Shown in pieces: positions 60,751-64,000 of a stretch of 64,000 nt of DNA. The position numbers and the translations under genes are program-made. Source of the DNA: Andalucia godoyi And28 (taxonomy: Eukaryota > Protista > Jakobida); NCBI GenBank assembly GCA_009859145.1, contig VRVR01000036.1:200956-264955 (forward strand), in the 5' to 3' direction. Every line of letters starts with the position of its first letter. Position 1 is the stretch's first letter. The notes below the pieces were generated by a model that had not been told where the DNA came from, ran no database searches, and saw only the letters and a program-made list of their open reading frames with translations.

Positions 60751-61935
60751 TTACTCGACGTTGAGTTGCTTGGGATGCTCCCACGTGAACTCGGGGAGTT
60801 CGCGTCCAAAGTGTCCATATGCAGCAGTCTTGGAGTAGATGGGTCTCTTGAGGTTGAGCTCCTTGATGATCTGGTACGGTCTGCAGTTGAAGTTCTTCTT
60901 GATGATCTCAAGAATCTTCGCCTCGGGAATGGCATTGGTTCCATACGTCTCAATGTTGATCGAGAGGGGGTCAGCAACTCCAATGGCATACGAAAGCTGG
61001 ATCAATGCACGACGAGCAAGCTTGGAGGCAACGACGGACTTTGCAATCCAGCGGGCCATGTAGCATGCAGATCGGTCAACCTTGGACGGGTCCTTTCCAG
61101 AGAAAGCTCCACCACCGTGTGCACCCCAGCCGCCATACGAGTCGACGATGATCTTGCGTCCGGTAAGTCCGGCGTCTCCCTGGGGTCCTCCAATGACGAA
61201 GCGGCCAGACGGGTTGATGTGGAAGATCGTCTCGTTGTCGAGGTACTTCGCCGGAACAACGACCTTGATGATGTGCTCGATCAGTGCGGCGCGGATGGTC
61301 TCGTTGTCGACCTCAGGTGCGTGCTGGGTCGAGATGAGGATGTTGTGGATGCGGACAGGGGTCAGTGCCTTGGTTTGCGCGTCCTTGGTGTACTCGACGG
61401 TGACCTGAGTCTTTCCGTCCGGTCGCAACCACGGGAGGGTTCCGTTCTTGCGAACCTCGGCCAGGCGGGCTGCAATCTTGGTGGCAAGCAGATGGGACAA
61501 CGGCATCAGCTCCGGAGTCTCGTCGGTTGCATATCCAAACATGATTCCCTGGTCTCCAGCTCCAAGTTCCTCGTCCTTCTTTCCAACATGCACTCCCTGC
61601 GCAATATCCGGAGACTGCTGCTCGATTGCAACGAGAACATTGCAAGTCTTGTAGTCGAATCCCTTATCCGAAGAGTCGAAGCCAATGTTCTTCACGGCCT
61701 CACGGACAATCTTCTGGTAGTCAAGAACCGCAGACGTCGTGATCTCTCCGAAAACCATCACCATTCCAGTCTTTGAGGCCGTTTCGCAGGCAACCTTGGA
61801 GTTCGGGTCCTGGGCAAGGCAGGCGTCAAGAACTGCATCAGAGACCTGATCGCACAGCTTGTCCGGGTGGCCTTCCGTCACAGACTCGGAAGTGAAAAGG
61901 AAGGTCTCGTTGTCGTAAACTCGCTCGTTTGACAT
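60751..61935 (-). CDS. MAT: S-adenosylmethionine synthetase (canonical MAT)
   Basis: [88 protein letters not shown] at 61935. Confidence 0.97.
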   Translation of the reverse strand: MSNERVYDNETFLFTSESVTEGHPDKLCDQVSDAVLDACLAQDPNSKVACETASKTGMVMVFGEITTSAVLDYQKIVREAVKNIGFDSSDKGFDYKTCNVLVAIEQQSPDIAQGVHVGKKDEELGAGDQGIMFGYATDETPELMPLSHLLATKIAARLAEVRKNGTLPWLRPDGKTQVTVEYTKDAQTKALTPVRIHNILISTQHAPEVDNETIRAALIEHIIKVVVPAKYLDNETIFHINPSGRFVIGGPQGDAGLTGRKIIVDSYGGWGAHGGGAFSGKDPSKVDRSACYMARWIAKSVVASKLARRALIQLSYAIGVADPLSINIETYGTNAIPEAKILEIIKKNFNCRPYQIIKELNLKRPIYSKTAAYGHFGRELPEFTWEHPKQLNVE

Positions 61936-62349
61936 TTTCCCTGTTGTTGTCTTTTGATGTTGGGGAGAAGAAAGAAGAAGTGGAAGCGGAGGAGGATAAT
62001 ATATCGCACAAGAGAAAAGGAAAAGAGAAAAGGAAAAAGAGAAAAGGAAAAAGAAAAAGAAAAGGAAAAAGAAAAAAAAGAAAAGGCGGAAAAGGCAAAT
62101 AGAGAATGCAGGAAAAAACGATTTGATCAACGAGCATGAGCGACACTCGCCCCCGTTTTCGCAGCCGCAAGCGCATGAAAGGATTTTTCGGGCCGATTTT
62201 GTTTTCTGTCCCGTAGCCCCTCCCCCGCCGCTGCGCAAAGAAAAGGGAAATGGAAAGGGAATGGCGAGGATGTATGACGTGACATCTATGTCAGTCTTGC
62301 TCGGAGAGGATGCTTTTTTATTTACAACAGATAGACCATGAAGACCATC

Positions 62350-62931
62350 TCAGAGGTCTCGAATGACGCGACAAGGATTCCCGGCAGCAACGACGTTTGC
62401 AGGGATATTTCTTGTCACTACGCTTCCGGCGCCAATAGTGGAGTTGTCGCCGATGGATACTCCAGGGCACAGGATTGCCGAACCGCCGATCCACACGCGG
62501 TTCCCAATCTGGATGGACCTTGCGAGCTCGGGCCCTGCAGTCCGTAGTCCAGCATCCAGCGGATGTGTGGCCGTGTAGATCTGCACATTGGGACCACACA
62601 TCACGCCGTCTCCGAAATGCACTTCGGCACAGTCCAGTACAACACAGCCGAAATTCATGTACAGGTCTTCTCCTGCATAGATATGCGCGCCATAGTCACA
62701 GCGGAAGGGAGGCTCGATCGTGATCCGGTCTCCCGTCTTTCCTAACAAGTCGCTTAGAATCCTTTTTCGTAACTCGGCTTCCTCCTCAGTCGATGCATTG
62801 TAAGCTCGCGTTAGCCGCCGTGCGGTCGCTCGCATGTGCACAAGCTCAGGATCGCCCGCTTGGTATAGCTCACCTGCGAGCATCTTTTCTCTCTCGGATA
62901 GTATACAGGACTCCGAAGGCACATCACTCAT
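62350..62931 (-). CDS. maa: Maltose/galactoside O-acetyltransferase (Maa-like), intronless and bacterial-like
   Basis: SEREKMLAGELY, IEPPFRCDYG, YTATHPLD, IGNRVWIGGSAILCPGVSIGDNSTIGAGSVVTRNIPANVVAAGNPCRVIR. Confidence 0.93.
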   Translation of the reverse strand: MSDVPSESCILSEREKMLAGELYQAGDPELVHMRATARRLTRAYNASTEEEAELRKRILSDLLGKTGDRITIEPPFRCDYGAHIYAGEDLYMNFGCVVLDCAEVHFGDGVMCGPNVQIYTATHPLDAGLRTAGPELARSIQIGNRVWIGGSAILCPGVSIGDNSTIGAGSVVTRNIPANVVAAGNPCRVIRDL

Positions 62932-63259
62932 TTTTGGTCTATCCCCCCACTGTGCTCAACACCACTCTCTCCAACTCTCTCACTCGTTTTTTCTTTCTTT
63001 CTCACTTCTTTTCTTCTTGATCTTTTTCTTCTTGGTCTTTCTTCTCGATCCTTTCCCCATCGGGGAATTATGTTTGCTATCCGACCGAAAAACGACTCCC
63101 AAATCTCCGACACGAACAGCAAACCTTCCCGCTTTTGCTCGATTTCGTGCGTTGCAGTCTGTTTCTTCTCTCTTCTCTCTTCTCTCTTTTTCTTTTACCT
63201 TTTTCGCCTTCTGGGACAGGGTTCTCGCTTACGTTGTAATATCTTCTTTTTTAGGAAAG

Positions 63260-64000
63260 ATGATTCCTGGAGCAAGGCCAGCGTCATCTATACTGCTGAC
63301 CGCTCCATTGTGTCGTTTCCCGTCTTCTTTTCTGAGCTCGAAAAATGCAGCATCGTGCGATTACCGAGTGCTGATGCTGCAACGGTCGTCCAAGTCAAAG
63401 TTCTTTCCTTCATCGTACGTGTTTCCTGGCGGTGCAGTTGACGCCCAGGATTTCGCTACTCCTTATGTGTCTTCCAGCTCGACGCCATTTCTGGAATCTT
63501 CGTCATTGGCCTCGAGGCCTGCGGTGATGCAGCCAGGAAAGAACGGTTCTGCCGATGCAGTTGGAAAGAAACAGGTGAGCGCGGACGCATTTCGTGTTTC
63601 TGCAATCCGGGAGCTGTTCGAAGAATCCGGGTATCTGTATGGATCGGAGATTCGGGAAGAAATCGGGGATGCTCGGAGCAAGAAAACAATGGACCGGGAT
63701 GCCGTACATGCTGGTTCGCAGCGATTCGCAGCCGAGCTTGCCCAGTCCAGAAAGTCCCTCGATCTGGGAAGTTTGTTTCCTATATCCCGGTGGATCACTC
63801 CTTTTCAAGAGTATGATACGCGACGGTTTGACTGTGTGTTTTATGCAGCACCACTGCACGACGAACATGCGGTTGCGGACGGCTCTCGGTGCAGCAGCAT
63901 TCTTGACATCCAGCACGACAACGTTGAAACGGTTGATACATTATGGATCTCGCCTGCAGAAGCGCTTAGGCGGTGTGAAAGAGGGGAAATTATGCTCCCG
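63260..64000 (+). CDS. Nudix hydrolase, NUDT19-like acyl-CoA diphosphatase (3'-truncated by the window end; absent from the ORF track)
   Basis: MIPGARPASSILL...YRVLMLQRSSKSKFFPSSYVFPGGAVD...FRVSAIRELFEESG...WITP...RRFD..FY...W.SP.EAL. A further 5' exon is possible (TTTTAG at 63249-63254). Confidence 0.88.
   Translation, partial: MIPGARPASSILLTAPLCRFPSSFLSSKNAASCDYRVLMLQRSSKSKFFPSSYVFPGGAVDAQDFATPYVSSSSTPFLESSSLASRPAVMQPGKNGSADAVGKKQVSADAFRVSAIRELFEESGYLYGSEIREEIGDARSKKTMDRDAVHAGSQRFAAELAQSRKSLDLGSLFPISRWITPFQEYDTRRFDCVFYAAPLHDEHAVADGSRCSSILDIQHDNVETVDTLWISPAEALRRCERGEIMLP

Noticed and set aside
60751-62931. Adjacent MAT and Maa-like genes, plus cysE, as a possible sulfur/acetyl metabolic cluster
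   Set aside because: MAT and Maa have no known pathway link, and cysE is 55 kb away.

Overview
Gene-dense, intron-poor nuclear DNA from a unicellular, probably flagellated eukaryote (CFAP161 is present). GC-rich coding regions are separated by short AT-rich spacers carrying microsatellites. The standard genetic code fits, with TAA, TAG and TGA all ending genes. About 26 protein-coding genes can be supported. Housekeeping genes include ARF1, CDC5L, PSMB7, TTC1, CASP/CUX1, a TBC1D5-like GAP, MAT, a DAK/TKFC-like kinase, SLC35F6-like and SLC38-like transporters, and a NUDT19-like hydrolase. Three genes look prokaryotic in origin (CysE, maltose O-acetyltransferase, an APC permease), and several are large orphan-like proteins. 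The strongest hidden signal lies in two intergenic gaps and is missed by the ORF track because of frameshifts. At about 16.76-17.1 kb there is an internally deleted Fanzor2/TnpB-like gene: the N-terminal 'RAFRIKMHPSQE*RVTPRKW' is joined directly to the C-terminal 'IDRDW/NGARNIYL', followed by stem-loops where an omegaRNA is expected. At about 34.4-34.8 kb there is a frameshifted IS607-type TnpA (MerR-like HTH plus serine recombinase 'YARVSSTRQ'). Together they point to an IS607/Fanzor2 RNA-guided element family in this genome. Two protein architectures also stand out: a single-ORF fusion of a ZNF598/Hel2 module with an NFX1/Fap1 module, and a STRA6-like membrane domain carrying a roughly 1,450-aa ectodomain. 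All family assignments come from motif recognition by eye; no database search was run.
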